Below are positions 44,971 to 53,100 of a stretch of DNA of 64,000 bases, in pieces. Every line of letters starts with the position of its first letter. Position 1 is the first letter of the stretch. The stretch lies in IMG/VR virus record IMGVR_UViG_3300031132_000002, one strand, 5' to 3'. The notes under the pieces were generated by a model. That model made no database searches. It was not told the origin of the DNA and saw only the letters and a program-made list of their open reading frames with translations. Origin of the DNA: a virus. Position numbers and translations under genes: made by a program.

Positions 44971-45004
44971 AACAATAGAAATCGAAGATGGTATCGGTTT
45001 CAAA

Positions 45005-45079
45005 GCGACTTTGACATAGACGGATGTGTGCTGCCCTGAAAAGGCAGAAAGGCTGGATCGTTACCAGCAGGTCGCACCA
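45005..45079 (+). tRNA. tRNA-Phe(GAA)
   Basis: CTGCC-CT GAA AA-GGCAG; atypical T loop ATCGTTA; CCA. Confidence 0.85.
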
Positions 45080-45083
45080 TTTT

Positions 45084-45156
45084 GCAGGTGTCCTGATGGA
45101 CAGGCAACACTCTACGAAGGTGTTTGTTCGAGGTTCGAATCCTTGCATCTGCACCA
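45084..45156 (+). tRNA. tRNA-Arg(ACG), compact non-canonical D arm
   Basis: GCAGGTG/CATCTGC-A-CCA; 1-nt connector; CCTG-ATGGA-CAGG; AACACT-CT ACG AA-GGTGTT. Confidence 0.8.
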
Positions 45157-45240
45157 TATCAAGGCTACGATTCCCTAATTGAAGATAGGATTCTGATAGG
45201 GCCGTGGATAATGCTTTTAGTTTAAAGCTGATTTAACAAT

Positions 45241-45322
45241 AGCGGTATAGTGAAACGGACATATAGATCACACTAGGCTCATACCCTAGTAATTGCGGGT
45301 TCGACTCCCGCTACCGCAACCA
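45241..45322 (+). tRNA. tRNA-Met(CAT), initiator-like
   Basis: A1/A72 mismatch; CTAGG-CT CAT AC-CCTAG; enlarged D loop; CCA. Confidence 0.85.
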
Positions 45323-45329
45323 AACAAAT

Positions 45330-45414
45330 GCTCTTGTGGCGAAATTGGTAGACGCACCAGATTTAGAATCTGGCGTTGAGAGACGTGTGAGTTCGAGTCT
45401 CACCAAGAGCACCA
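45330..45414 (+). tRNA. tRNA-Leu(TAG)
   Basis: GCG-AAATTGGTAGA-CGC D arm; CCAGA-TT TAG AA-TCTGG; variable arm; A73; CCA. Confidence 0.93.
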
Positions 45415-45420
45415 AACAAT

Positions 45421-45565
45421 GTCGTAGTGATACAAAGCGAAAGAAAGATGGTTACGAGATACTTCCTCGACGGAGGTGGTGATGTGATTAATCGCTGGAG
45501 TAATGAGGATCACAGGTGGAGTTGATCGCCTTCTCTGAGAGGTTCGAATCCTTTCTACGATGCCA
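45421..45565 (+). ncRNA. tRNA-like RNA (~145 nt) with multi-stem insert
   Basis: GTCGTAG/CTACGAT-G-CCA; AGAGG-TTCGAAT-CCTTT T arm; hairpins ACTTCC/GGAGGT, GGTGAT/ATCGCT, GATCA/TGATC. Confidence 0.65.
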
Positions 45566-45571
45566 ATCAAT

Positions 45572-45652
45572 GCGTGGGTCACTAATCCTGGTGGTCAGGA
45601 GACGGCTTCCAAACCCGTTAGTTCAGGTGTTCGAATCATCACCTACGTGCCA
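45572..45652 (+). tRNA. tRNA-Trp(CCA)-like, atypical 8/4 fold
   Basis: GCGTGGGT/ACCTACGT-G-CCA; TCCTG-GTGGT-CAGGA; ACGG-C-TT CCA AA-C-CCGT; GGTG-TTCGAAT-CATC. Confidence 0.7.
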
Positions 45653-45657
45653 AATAT

Positions 45658-45733
45658 GGGAATATAATTCAGTTGGTAGAATGCTCGACCGATAATCGAG
45701 TCGTCACTGGTTCGAGTCCAGTTATTCCCACCA
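45658..45733 (+). tRNA. tRNA-Ile(GAT)
   Basis: CTCGA-CC GAT AA-TCGAG (C33); CCA. Confidence 0.9.
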
Positions 45734-45870
45734 TATCCGCGCCAGCGGTGTAGATGTAAAAATCTACGGACACTTTATGTGTCCATCTTCGAAGACTAAT
45801 GCCTAGTTCCTTCAAAGAGTAGCCGAAAGGCAAGTTAGAGGGCTGCGACTCTTCAACGCAGGCAAAACTT

Positions 45871-45902
45871 AAGCCCCTGCCCTTTTAGGGTGGGGGTTTT
45901 TT
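45871..45902 (+). terminator. rho-independent terminator of the RNA cluster
   Basis: CCCCTGCCCT-TTT-AGGGTGGGGG plus T-tract. Confidence 0.85.
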
Positions 45903-45945
45903 ATTGTCTATTTTAGACTAACCTCCTACTTAAAGGAACCTCTAT

Positions 45946-46221
45946 ATGTCTGATACCCTACCAGATGTAAAATTACTTGGTGTAGAATACCAAGATCTGT
46001 ATGATGCAACAGGAATTACTCCTACCACACATATTGCCATTCAAAACAAACGTTCAGTAGCTGTTTATATTCAAGTTGCTCCAAATAAACCTTCATCCAC
46101 AAGCACAGATGGATATTTGCTTTTACCAAATAAAGTATGTATTGTCGTAGGAACAATCTCTAGGGTTTGGGCAATGGGGAGAAGCACAGTCTCAGTGCAA
46201 ATCGTGGAGGACAATAGCTAA
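45946..46221 (+). CDS. hypothetical beta-rich protein
   Basis: ORF with AAGGA SD, coupled to next gene. Confidence 0.7.
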   Translation: MSDTLPDVKLLGVEYQDLYDATGITPTTHIAIQNKRSVAVYIQVAPNKPSSTSTDGYLLLPNKVCIVVGTISRVWAMGRSTVSVQIVEDNS

Positions 46222-47162
46222 TGCCAGTAATGCCTTTTGAAATGTCAATGGATTTAAGTAGGGTAAAAGGTGGTGGTAGTGGAACACCAGGAAAGGATGG
46301 TAAATCTGCTTATCAGGTCTGGCTAGATTTAGGTAACGAGGGAACCGAGGAAGATTTTATCGATTCTCTTGAAGGCCCAGCGGGGCCAGAGGGGAAGCAA
46401 GGCAGGCAGGGTGATGCAGGGCCAGTAGGCCCAGCAGGATTAACCTGGAAGCATCAATGGAACTCCACTACTACCTACCAATCAGACGATGCCGTAGGCT
46501 ACGCAGGAGCCTCTTGGTTTGCCCTAAAAGAGAGTACAGGTAACGTACCTAATGAAGATGCAAGTGAATATTGGGCACTGCTTGCTTCTCAGGGAGCACG
46601 AGGCCCAGAGGGGCCACAAGGTGTACAGGGAATTCAGGGAAAGGATGGTAAAAGTGGAAGTTTTGAAGTTGACTCTTTAACAACTACACAACTCCAGAAT
46701 CTTAGGGCCAAATTAAAGACAGTAACACCTCAGAAGTTTTGGGCATATAGGGGTAAGATTCAAAGTGCTACCGGAGGATTAAAAACTTTCCCTCTGGCAG
46801 ATACGAATATTACTTTTCAAATCAAAACAACATCTGCTGATAGTGTTGAGTTTAGCATCTATGCTACAGATAAAGCAACACCTGCTCAGTATATGGTGAG
46901 ACGTTTCACTGTTTACGGGACAGCTTCACTAGAAGGTAAAGTCACCCCTAGCTACAGATACCAAGATTTAACAACGTCCACCTTCCAGATTGACGATTAC
47001 GATTATGCTGATGGAAGATCTCAGGTGATTATGAACATCATTGATTCGAGAAACAACCTTTTCTATTCGGTTACTCTCCAGATGGATGTAGGTGTTGATA
47101 CCGCTCGTTGGTTATATATGGAAGTTAATAAAGTAGGAGAAGACGGGTATATCTCGTTCTAA
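46221..47162 (+). CDS. collagen-like protein with carbohydrate-binding-like module (possible fibre/decoration)
   Basis: GKSAYQVW motif; G-X-Y repeats; W....TY...D.V.Y.G.SW (CBM5/12-like). Confidence 0.7.
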   Translation: MPVMPFEMSMDLSRVKGGGSGTPGKDGKSAYQVWLDLGNEGTEEDFIDSLEGPAGPEGKQGRQGDAGPVGPAGLTWKHQWNSTTTYQSDDAVGYAGASWFALKESTGNVPNEDASEYWALLASQGARGPEGPQGVQGIQGKDGKSGSFEVDSLTTTQLQNLRAKLKTVTPQKFWAYRGKIQSATGGLKTFPLADTNITFQIKTTSADSVEFSIYATDKATPAQYMVRRFTVYGTASLEGKVTPSYRYQDLTTSTFQIDDYDYADGRSQVIMNIIDSRNNLFYSVTLQMDVGVDTARWLYMEVNKVGEDGYISF

Positions 47163-47282
47163 CGGCTCCCGCTTCGGCGGGTTCTCTACTTACGATGGTA
47201 CTGTCAAAAAGATTTAACTTGTAAGGATCAGAGATACGTGCTATATTCAAGATAGAACACTTTCTAATCAACAGGTATAAAA

Positions 47283-47474
47283 ATGCATAATTTCCACATA
47301 GACCCAGATATATTGGAGTCTAGGCGTGATTGCTATCAGGCTATTGAGACCATTATAAACAATCCCGCTTTCATTACAAACTATCTCGCACCAGAACAGG
47401 GTCAGTTGAGAAATCTGGTTGCCATTCTTGAGAAGATGATCATCTCTGACGAAAGGCTTGACAGGAATCGTTAA
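47283..47474 (+). CDS. hypothetical protein
   Basis: ORF with weak SD. Confidence 0.5.
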   Translation: MHNFHIDPDILESRRDCYQAIETIINNPAFITNYLAPEQGQLRNLVAILEKMIISDERLDRNR

Positions 47475-47513
47475 ATATGCTAAGGTAAAGACAGGTAGTA
47501 AAAGGAGTAACCT

Positions 47514-47801
47514 ATGAAGAAGCTTAAGAGAAGTGTTGGACGTCCACCAAAAGAACTACAGCAAATTTACGCTATGGATGATGCTCAAGGTACAGTAAAA
47601 GAAATCTTTGCTGATAGATACCTCGAAGCTATGCGTTATATTGCGGATCTAGTGGTTGATGAAAAAGCTTCGCCTAACCTTAGATTTACCGCAGCCAAGA
47701 CGGTCAAAGACCAAGTTGAAGCCTGGCTCGAAGAACATCACGCCTCAATGGAAGCAGAAGACGATCAGGAAGACTCTGAATCTCAGGCCATTGTTATCTA
47801 A
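47514..47801 (+). CDS. putative terminase small subunit
   Basis: GRPPK start, helical, acidic tail; position upstream of TerL; TTGACA promoter at about 47458. Confidence 0.45.
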   Translation: MKKLKRSVGRPPKELQQIYAMDDAQGTVKEIFADRYLEAMRYIADLVVDEKASPNLRFTAAKTVKDQVEAWLEEHHASMEAEDDQEDSESQAIVI

Positions 47802-47902
47802 TTACCCTCTCTCCTCATTGCGCATTTGCGCCCTTTCTGTTATTGTTACAGCCCCTGTCTAAAAAGCAGGGGATTTTTTACATAAAGACAAGGAGAAATA
47901 AT

Positions 47903-48061
47903 ATGAGAAACTTCGTAGCTAAGAATGACTTTAACCGCGCTTCCACACACAGAGATCGTAAGAACGATTACAACCGAGAGTGGAACCTAGAAGATGAGTT
48001 AGATGATGAACCAAGAGACACTAATCCGGCTGTTGAAGACAGCCAATCCGATGCCGATTAA
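47903..48061 (+). CDS. small conserved phage protein
   Basis: AAGGAG SD; MRNFVAKNDFNRASTHRDRKN. Confidence 0.65.
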   Translation: MRNFVAKNDFNRASTHRDRKNDYNREWNLEDELDDEPRDTNPAVEDSQSDAD

Positions 48062-48108
48062 AAAGGTAAAGGATAACTCCCCACCCAAAGACATACAGGA
48101 TCTTATAG

Positions 48109-48531
48109 ATGCTAGAAATCGTAAAAGTAGCACTGACTAGTAAATATGTCAGGAAGGGAGTTTTAATCGTAGCTATTATTATTGCTTTGGTGGTCGGAGG
48201 AACGATCCTTCATCACCACATCTACGAGAATGGATACTCGGCTGGAGTTCAATACCAAACACAGGTGTTCCAGAAAGAACAGGATACAGCCAAGGCCAAG
48301 CTGGAACAACAGCAAATCCAGGCAGATAAAGATAGAGCAGGTTTGAATAACACGATCCAAACTCTAACTGACAAATCAAACGCTCTCCAGCAAAAGCTTG
48401 ATGAGAAATATGCCAAACAGAAACAAGAGGTAATTGACTATGCGAAATCTAACGAAGGTACTGGTACTTGCTTCCGTCCTTCTAGTAACGGGTTGCGCCT
48501 CCTCAATGAAAGCTTCCCCGCTAGTAATTGA
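48109..48531 (+). CDS. i-spanin (Rz-like)
   Basis: N-terminal TM, coiled coil, C-terminal Cys; overlaps lipoprotein gene. Confidence 0.75.
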   Translation: MLEIVKVALTSKYVRKGVLIVAIIIALVVGGTILHHHIYENGYSAGVQYQTQVFQKEQDTAKAKLEQQQIQADKDRAGLNNTIQTLTDKSNALQQKLDEKYAKQKQEVIDYAKSNEGTGTCFRPSSNGLRLLNESFPASN

Positions 48532-48766
48532 TCAGTGCAAGGTAGTAGCAACGGCTCCGGTAGCTGGCCCTCCTGATAAGTTAATGCAGCCTAAGTCAAT
48601 CCCAATAAAATACACCGATAGCCAACTTAAGAATGGGGTAACTCCTGGTGAAGTAGTGGCTAATCAAACCGATAATAATAAACTATGGGCAGATGATAGA
48701 GTCAAAGTCGATGGTTTACAGGAATATGTGCATACCCTACAGGAAAAGGGTATTGTAGCTAAATAG
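48440..48766 (+). CDS. o-spanin (Rz1-like lipoprotein)
   Basis: Lipobox LVTG-C, Pro-rich, overlaps the i-spanin 3' end in another frame. Confidence 0.75.
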   Translation: MRNLTKVLVLASVLLVTGCASSMKASPLVIDQCKVVATAPVAGPPDKLMQPKSIPIKYTDSQLKNGVTPGEVVANQTDNNKLWADDRVKVDGLQEYVHTLQEKGIVAK

Positions 48767-48776
48767 GAGTTTCCCT

Positions 48777-50861
48777 ATGGGAAGAGCAGCAGCTAAGAAA
48801 AAGATTAACGTAAATAACATCCATATTAATGCCCAAGAGGGTAAGCAAACTATCGCTATGGAAAGTATGCCTGATGTTATGATCTACGGTGGAGCGGCAG
48901 GATGTGTATCTGCTGAAACGGAATATCTCTCCGCTGACGGATGGAAACCAATCAAGTATTACGATAACGAAAAGATTTATCAATACAATCCTCGCAACAA
49001 GAAACTCGAACTGGTTATGCCATACTTCATTGAGATGGAAACCAAGAAAGATAACTTCCATAGAATCCAGAACGCCGCTGGTATTTTCCAAGAGCTAAGT
49101 ATGGAGCATAGGTTTGTATTTTACAAGAAAAAGAAATCCAAGAAGCATTTTGAAATTGCAGTTGGTGATCTTATTGCTTTGCAGCAGTCTGGCAATCCTC
49201 TAAAAGGATACGTAGAAACCTTCTTTGGTGAGAGAATTCCATTCAACATCAAAGGGAAGCCAAGCACTGCACTCAAGATCTACGAATCTATGCCGACAGA
49301 TGGATTGAAATATTGCTTTGAAACCCCATCATCATACCTGATTCTGCGTAGAGCAGGGCATACATTCGTCACAGGTAATAGTGGTAAGAGTCGTCTGTTA
49401 CTGCTTAAGGCTTTGAAGTTTGCATTCAAAGATCCTTTGTTTGAAGGTGTTCTTTTCCGTAGAACAACTAAAGCACACAGATCCGCTGGTGGACTTTTTA
49501 CTGAGGCCAAGAAATTATTCTCACCTCTGCAACCACACGTTCGTGAATCTTCTATGGAGATTGAGTTCCAAGCCACCAAAGGTGGAAAACTTAAGTTTGA
49601 CCATCTGGAGCTAGAATCTACCGCAGAACAGAACCATCAGGGTACACAGTACTCAATGGTAGGCTTTGACGAGCTTACGCATTTCAGTATCACTCAGTTC
49701 CTGTACTTGATTGGTCGTCTTCGTTCTGAATCAGAAACATCCAGCTTCTGTCTGGCAACCTGTAACCCTGATGCAGATAGTTGGGTATTGAAGTTTGTTC
49801 TTCCTTATTTGGACGAGAAAGGATTCCCAACAGATGAAATGTGTGGTAAGCAGTTATACTTCATCATCAACAACGATGAACCAGTATTCTCAGATTCAGA
49901 ACAAGAGCTAAGAGAATTATATCCTGATCTGTGTAGCCAGTACAACCAGAATACAGGGGAGACAATTGATGTTCCACCTAAGACTTTCGTTTTCATTGGT
50001 GGTACAATCTTTGATAACCCAGCGCTTATTCGCCTTAACCCAAACTACCTGGCTTCTCTGAAAGCACAGACTAAGGTTAACCGTGAACGTCTATTGGATG
50101 GTTGCTGGTATGCTCGTGAGCAGGCTTCTAGCTACTTCCAACGCGATTGGCTGAACAAGATTAGTTATGCCGAAATTCCTAATAATATGACTTATGTTCG
50201 TGGTTGGGATAAAGCAGCATCTATTCCATCTGAAAAATATAAGTACCCTGACTATACAGCCTCTGTTAAATTAGGTAAAGATAGTGATGGTAACATTTAT
50301 ATCTTCGGTGACTATGACTATGACGCAATCGACGAGAAGAGTAAGGTGTATGGACGCTTCCGTAGACTACCAGGCGACAGGGATAAGCTAATCCTTAACC
50401 AGAGTAAGGTTGATGGTACAGAAGTTACTGTGGTGCTTCCTAAAGACCCATCTGGTGCAGGTATCATTGAATATACTGAATCAGCTAAGAAGCTTATCGC
50501 ACAAGGATTCAATGTTAAACCTGATGCAATGCCAAACAACAAAAAGAAACTTCAACGTTTCGTTCCATTCAGCAGTGCTTGTCAGAATGGCTTTGTTTAC
50601 ATTGTAGAGGATTCATTTAACAACCAAGAGACCTTAGATCACTTCTACCGTGAACTGGAAGTATTTACTGGTGAGAGATCAAGCGCAACTATTAAGGATG
50701 ATTTACCCGATGCCGTTGCATCTGCATTTAACACAATCCAACGTGAGCAGGTATTCAACGCTATCAGCATTCCTACTATTTCTGCAAGTACTCGCTGGGG
50801 CCAATCTTCTCTAGGCAAGCCGTCTATGCCTAAGATGCCTTCTAAAATGCGTAGCTGGTAA
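48777..50861 (+). CDS. terL: terminase large subunit (intein-containing)
   Basis: YGGAAG/SGKS Walker A split by intein; GFDELTHF Walker B; ATCNPD; RGWDKA; KDDLPDA. Confidence 0.95.
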   Translation: MGRAAAKKKINVNNIHINAQEGKQTIAMESMPDVMIYGGAAGCVSAETEYLSADGWKPIKYYDNEKIYQYNPRNKKLELVMPYFIEMETKKDNFHRIQNAAGIFQELSMEHRFVFYKKKKSKKHFEIAVGDLIALQQSGNPLKGYVETFFGERIPFNIKGKPSTALKIYESMPTDGLKYCFETPSSYLILRRAGHTFVTGNSGKSRLLLLKALKFAFKDPLFEGVLFRRTTKAHRSAGGLFTEAKKLFSPLQPHVRESSMEIEFQATKGGKLKFDHLELESTAEQNHQGTQYSMVGFDELTHFSITQFLYLIGRLRSESETSSFCLATCNPDADSWVLKFVLPYLDEKGFPTDEMCGKQLYFIINNDEPVFSDSEQELRELYPDLCSQYNQNTGETIDVPPKTFVFIGGTIFDNPALIRLNPNYLASLKAQTKVNRERLLDGCWYAREQASSYFQRDWLNKISYAEIPNNMTYVRGWDKAASIPSEKYKYPDYTASVKLGKDSDGNIYIFGDYDYDAIDEKSKVYGRFRRLPGDRDKLILNQSKVDGTEVTVVLPKDPSGAGIIEYTESAKKLIAQGFNVKPDAMPNNKKKLQRFVPFSSACQNGFVYIVEDSFNNQETLDHFYRELEVFTGERSSATIKDDLPDAVASAFNTIQREQVFNAISIPTISASTRWGQSSLGKPSMPKMPSKMRSW
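48903..49379 (+). mobile_element. mini-intein (159 aa) in TerL
   Basis: Starts CVSAETEYLS..GW..I; block B S.EH; block F YCFETPSSYL; ends FVTGN before Ser. Confidence 0.9.
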
Positions 50862-50950
50862 TATCGCTTGACTTTTAGAATGTTTGGTGTTATATTGGGA
50901 TTAGGAGATCTTTGATCTCCTCTTCTTTTCAACAAACAATATAAGAGGTA

Positions 50951-52510
50951 GTGGTGGCTAAGAGACAATATACCAAAAAGTCCGACTACTGGAACTCAAA
51001 AACTTCGGTACAGAAAGCAGCACCCGTTCCGCAGAAAGAAGAGTCTAATCTAGTTCTCTCTCAAGAAATCGGTACATTGGGCCTAAGTTCAATTCGTAAC
51101 TTCACTGCATTTCTTCATAATCACGAGACTAAGTTCCCAGAGTCTATTCGCACATACAGAGAAATGGGCGAAGATCCAGATGTAGCAACAGCACTTGATG
51201 CAGTTTATACATTTGTTGATAGAGCATTCTTCGATTTCAGAATTGAGTGTAATACCAAATCAGCTAAATCTAAGAAAGCCGCTAAGTTCATCGACTTCTC
51301 TCTTCGCAATATGGAAGCACCATTACGTCAGTATGTTAGATCACTTCTTACATATAAGCAATATGGATTTGCTATTGCAGAGAAAGTTTTCGAAATCGAC
51401 GAAGATCCAAAGAGTCCTTACTTCGGTATGTACCGTTTACAGAAACTTGGATTCCGTCCACAAGATACAATTGATTTGACAACTCCATTCACGTACAGTG
51501 ATGACGGTCGTGAGATCATCTCAGTAAACCAGAACATCACAGGCAGTATGCTGAGTAAAGCATTGCCACAATCTTTGGTCGGTAAGAAGTCTATTCCGAT
51601 TCAGAAGTGTGTACTGGTTGGAAATAACATCACCGATAACAACCCTCTCGGCGTAAGTCCACTGGCTTCTGTATATCGTAGCTGGAGAGAGAAAACTCTT
51701 ATCCAAGAATATGAAGTTGTTGGTGTGAGCAAAGACTTAGGTGGTATGCCAGTACTGATGGTTCCAGGTACAATCCTAAACCGTGCATCTCTAAACCCTA
51801 ACGGGGAAGAGGCTCAGTCACTTCGCGTACTACAGTCGAACATTGCAAACCTACACGCTGGTGAACAGTCGTATATGGTGTTGCCTTCTGATATCTATGA
51901 AAACACATCTATGCGTCAATATGACCTAGTGTTTCAGGGTGTTCAGGGAAGCGGTAAGCAGTTTGACACACAGGCTCTGATTAAGCAACGCCAGCTTGAT
52001 ATCTTTAACAGGTTCGGTGCAGGTGTTCTTATTATGGGCGGCGGGGAAGGTGGTAGTCTATCTCTTTCCGATAACAAACAAACTCTACTTTCTCATTACG
52101 TAGAAAGAGATGTTGATACGATCATTGAAGCAATCCAGACACAGGTAATTCCAACAATGTTGAGAATTAATGGGATGTATCTTTCACAAGAAGATATGCC
52201 TAAGTTCTGTAGCGATGATATTGGTGATCCAGATATCGACACTGTATCTTCTGCAATCCAGAAAATTGTAGGTGTTAAAGGCTTGCCAATGACGCCAGGA
52301 ACTATTAACGAGTTCTTTGCAATGATGGGAATGAAAGAAAGGATTCCTGATGATGTAGCAGCAGACCCTGAGAAGTTTAAAGAGTATGTTGAAACATATA
52401 TGTCAGATCCTAGCTCTCGATCAGGAGATGGAATCGCCGCAGGAGCGGGTAATGGTACATCAACAACTGCTGCCACCCGCGATAATTCAGTAGCGAACGT
52501 AGCTAATTAA
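50951..52510 (+). CDS. portal protein
   Basis: Position after TerL; YGFAIAEKV, NPLG.S.L..VY..W..K, DLGGMP. Confidence 0.9.
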   Translation: MVAKRQYTKKSDYWNSKTSVQKAAPVPQKEESNLVLSQEIGTLGLSSIRNFTAFLHNHETKFPESIRTYREMGEDPDVATALDAVYTFVDRAFFDFRIECNTKSAKSKKAAKFIDFSLRNMEAPLRQYVRSLLTYKQYGFAIAEKVFEIDEDPKSPYFGMYRLQKLGFRPQDTIDLTTPFTYSDDGREIISVNQNITGSMLSKALPQSLVGKKSIPIQKCVLVGNNITDNNPLGVSPLASVYRSWREKTLIQEYEVVGVSKDLGGMPVLMVPGTILNRASLNPNGEEAQSLRVLQSNIANLHAGEQSYMVLPSDIYENTSMRQYDLVFQGVQGSGKQFDTQALIKQRQLDIFNRFGAGVLIMGGGEGGSLSLSDNKQTLLSHYVERDVDTIIEAIQTQVIPTMLRINGMYLSQEDMPKFCSDDIGDPDIDTVSSAIQKIVGVKGLPMTPGTINEFFAMMGMKERIPDDVAADPEKFKEYVETYMSDPSSRSGDGIAAGAGNGTSTTAATRDNSVANVAN

Positions 52511-52607
52511 AATATTTTTAAAAAATATTATAAAAGCTATTGACAAATCACCGTATATCCTATAGAATGAGATTTATAGGATATATGTTTTCAAAAGGAA
52601 CTACACT

Positions 52608-53096
52608 TTGAACCTATCTCCAGAAGAGTTTATCGCATTGTCTAAGGCATTGCAACAAGCTCCAGAAAAAGTTGAAATCGACAAGAGCGCACTCTCTGCC
52701 GACAAGACAGAAGACAGTTTACCTATTTTGAAAGTTGAGCAATTTGCAGAAGAGAAAATGCAGGCCATTGAGGTTATGTATTGTCCTCCAGAGTATGATG
52801 ACTTGCACGGCGAACGAATGTCAGAACTTGAAATTCGCAAAATGGTTGATAACTTTAATGAGAACATCAACAACGTTCAAGGTAACTTAGGTCACATCAA
52901 AAACACGAAACAGTTCAAACCAGTTAAAGCCTGGGTGAATGAAGTTGACTGTATGATTGGTGATAACCTCGTTACAGAAGGAACTCCCCTAGTTAAGATT
53001 CAATTCTACGACAGAGACTTGTTTGAAGCAAGAAAAAATGGCGTACTGAAAGGTCTTAGCATTGGTGCTCTCGGTCGCTCAGTCGCAAAGGAATAA
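52608..53096 (+). CDS. prohead protease (XkdF-like)
   Basis: P...DLHGE, N..H, G.L.GLSIGA. Confidence 0.8.
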   Translation: MNLSPEEFIALSKALQQAPEKVEIDKSALSADKTEDSLPILKVEQFAEEKMQAIEVMYCPPEYDDLHGERMSELEIRKMVDNFNENINNVQGNLGHIKNTKQFKPVKAWVNEVDCMIGDNLVTEGTPLVKIQFYDRDLFEARKNGVLKGLSIGALGRSVAKE

Positions 53097-53100
53097 CTTA

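Noticed and set aside
43662-45582. ORF-track entries overlapping tRNAs (43662-43862, 44289-44498, 44867-45157, 45400-45582)
   Set aside because: Chance frames across RNA genes
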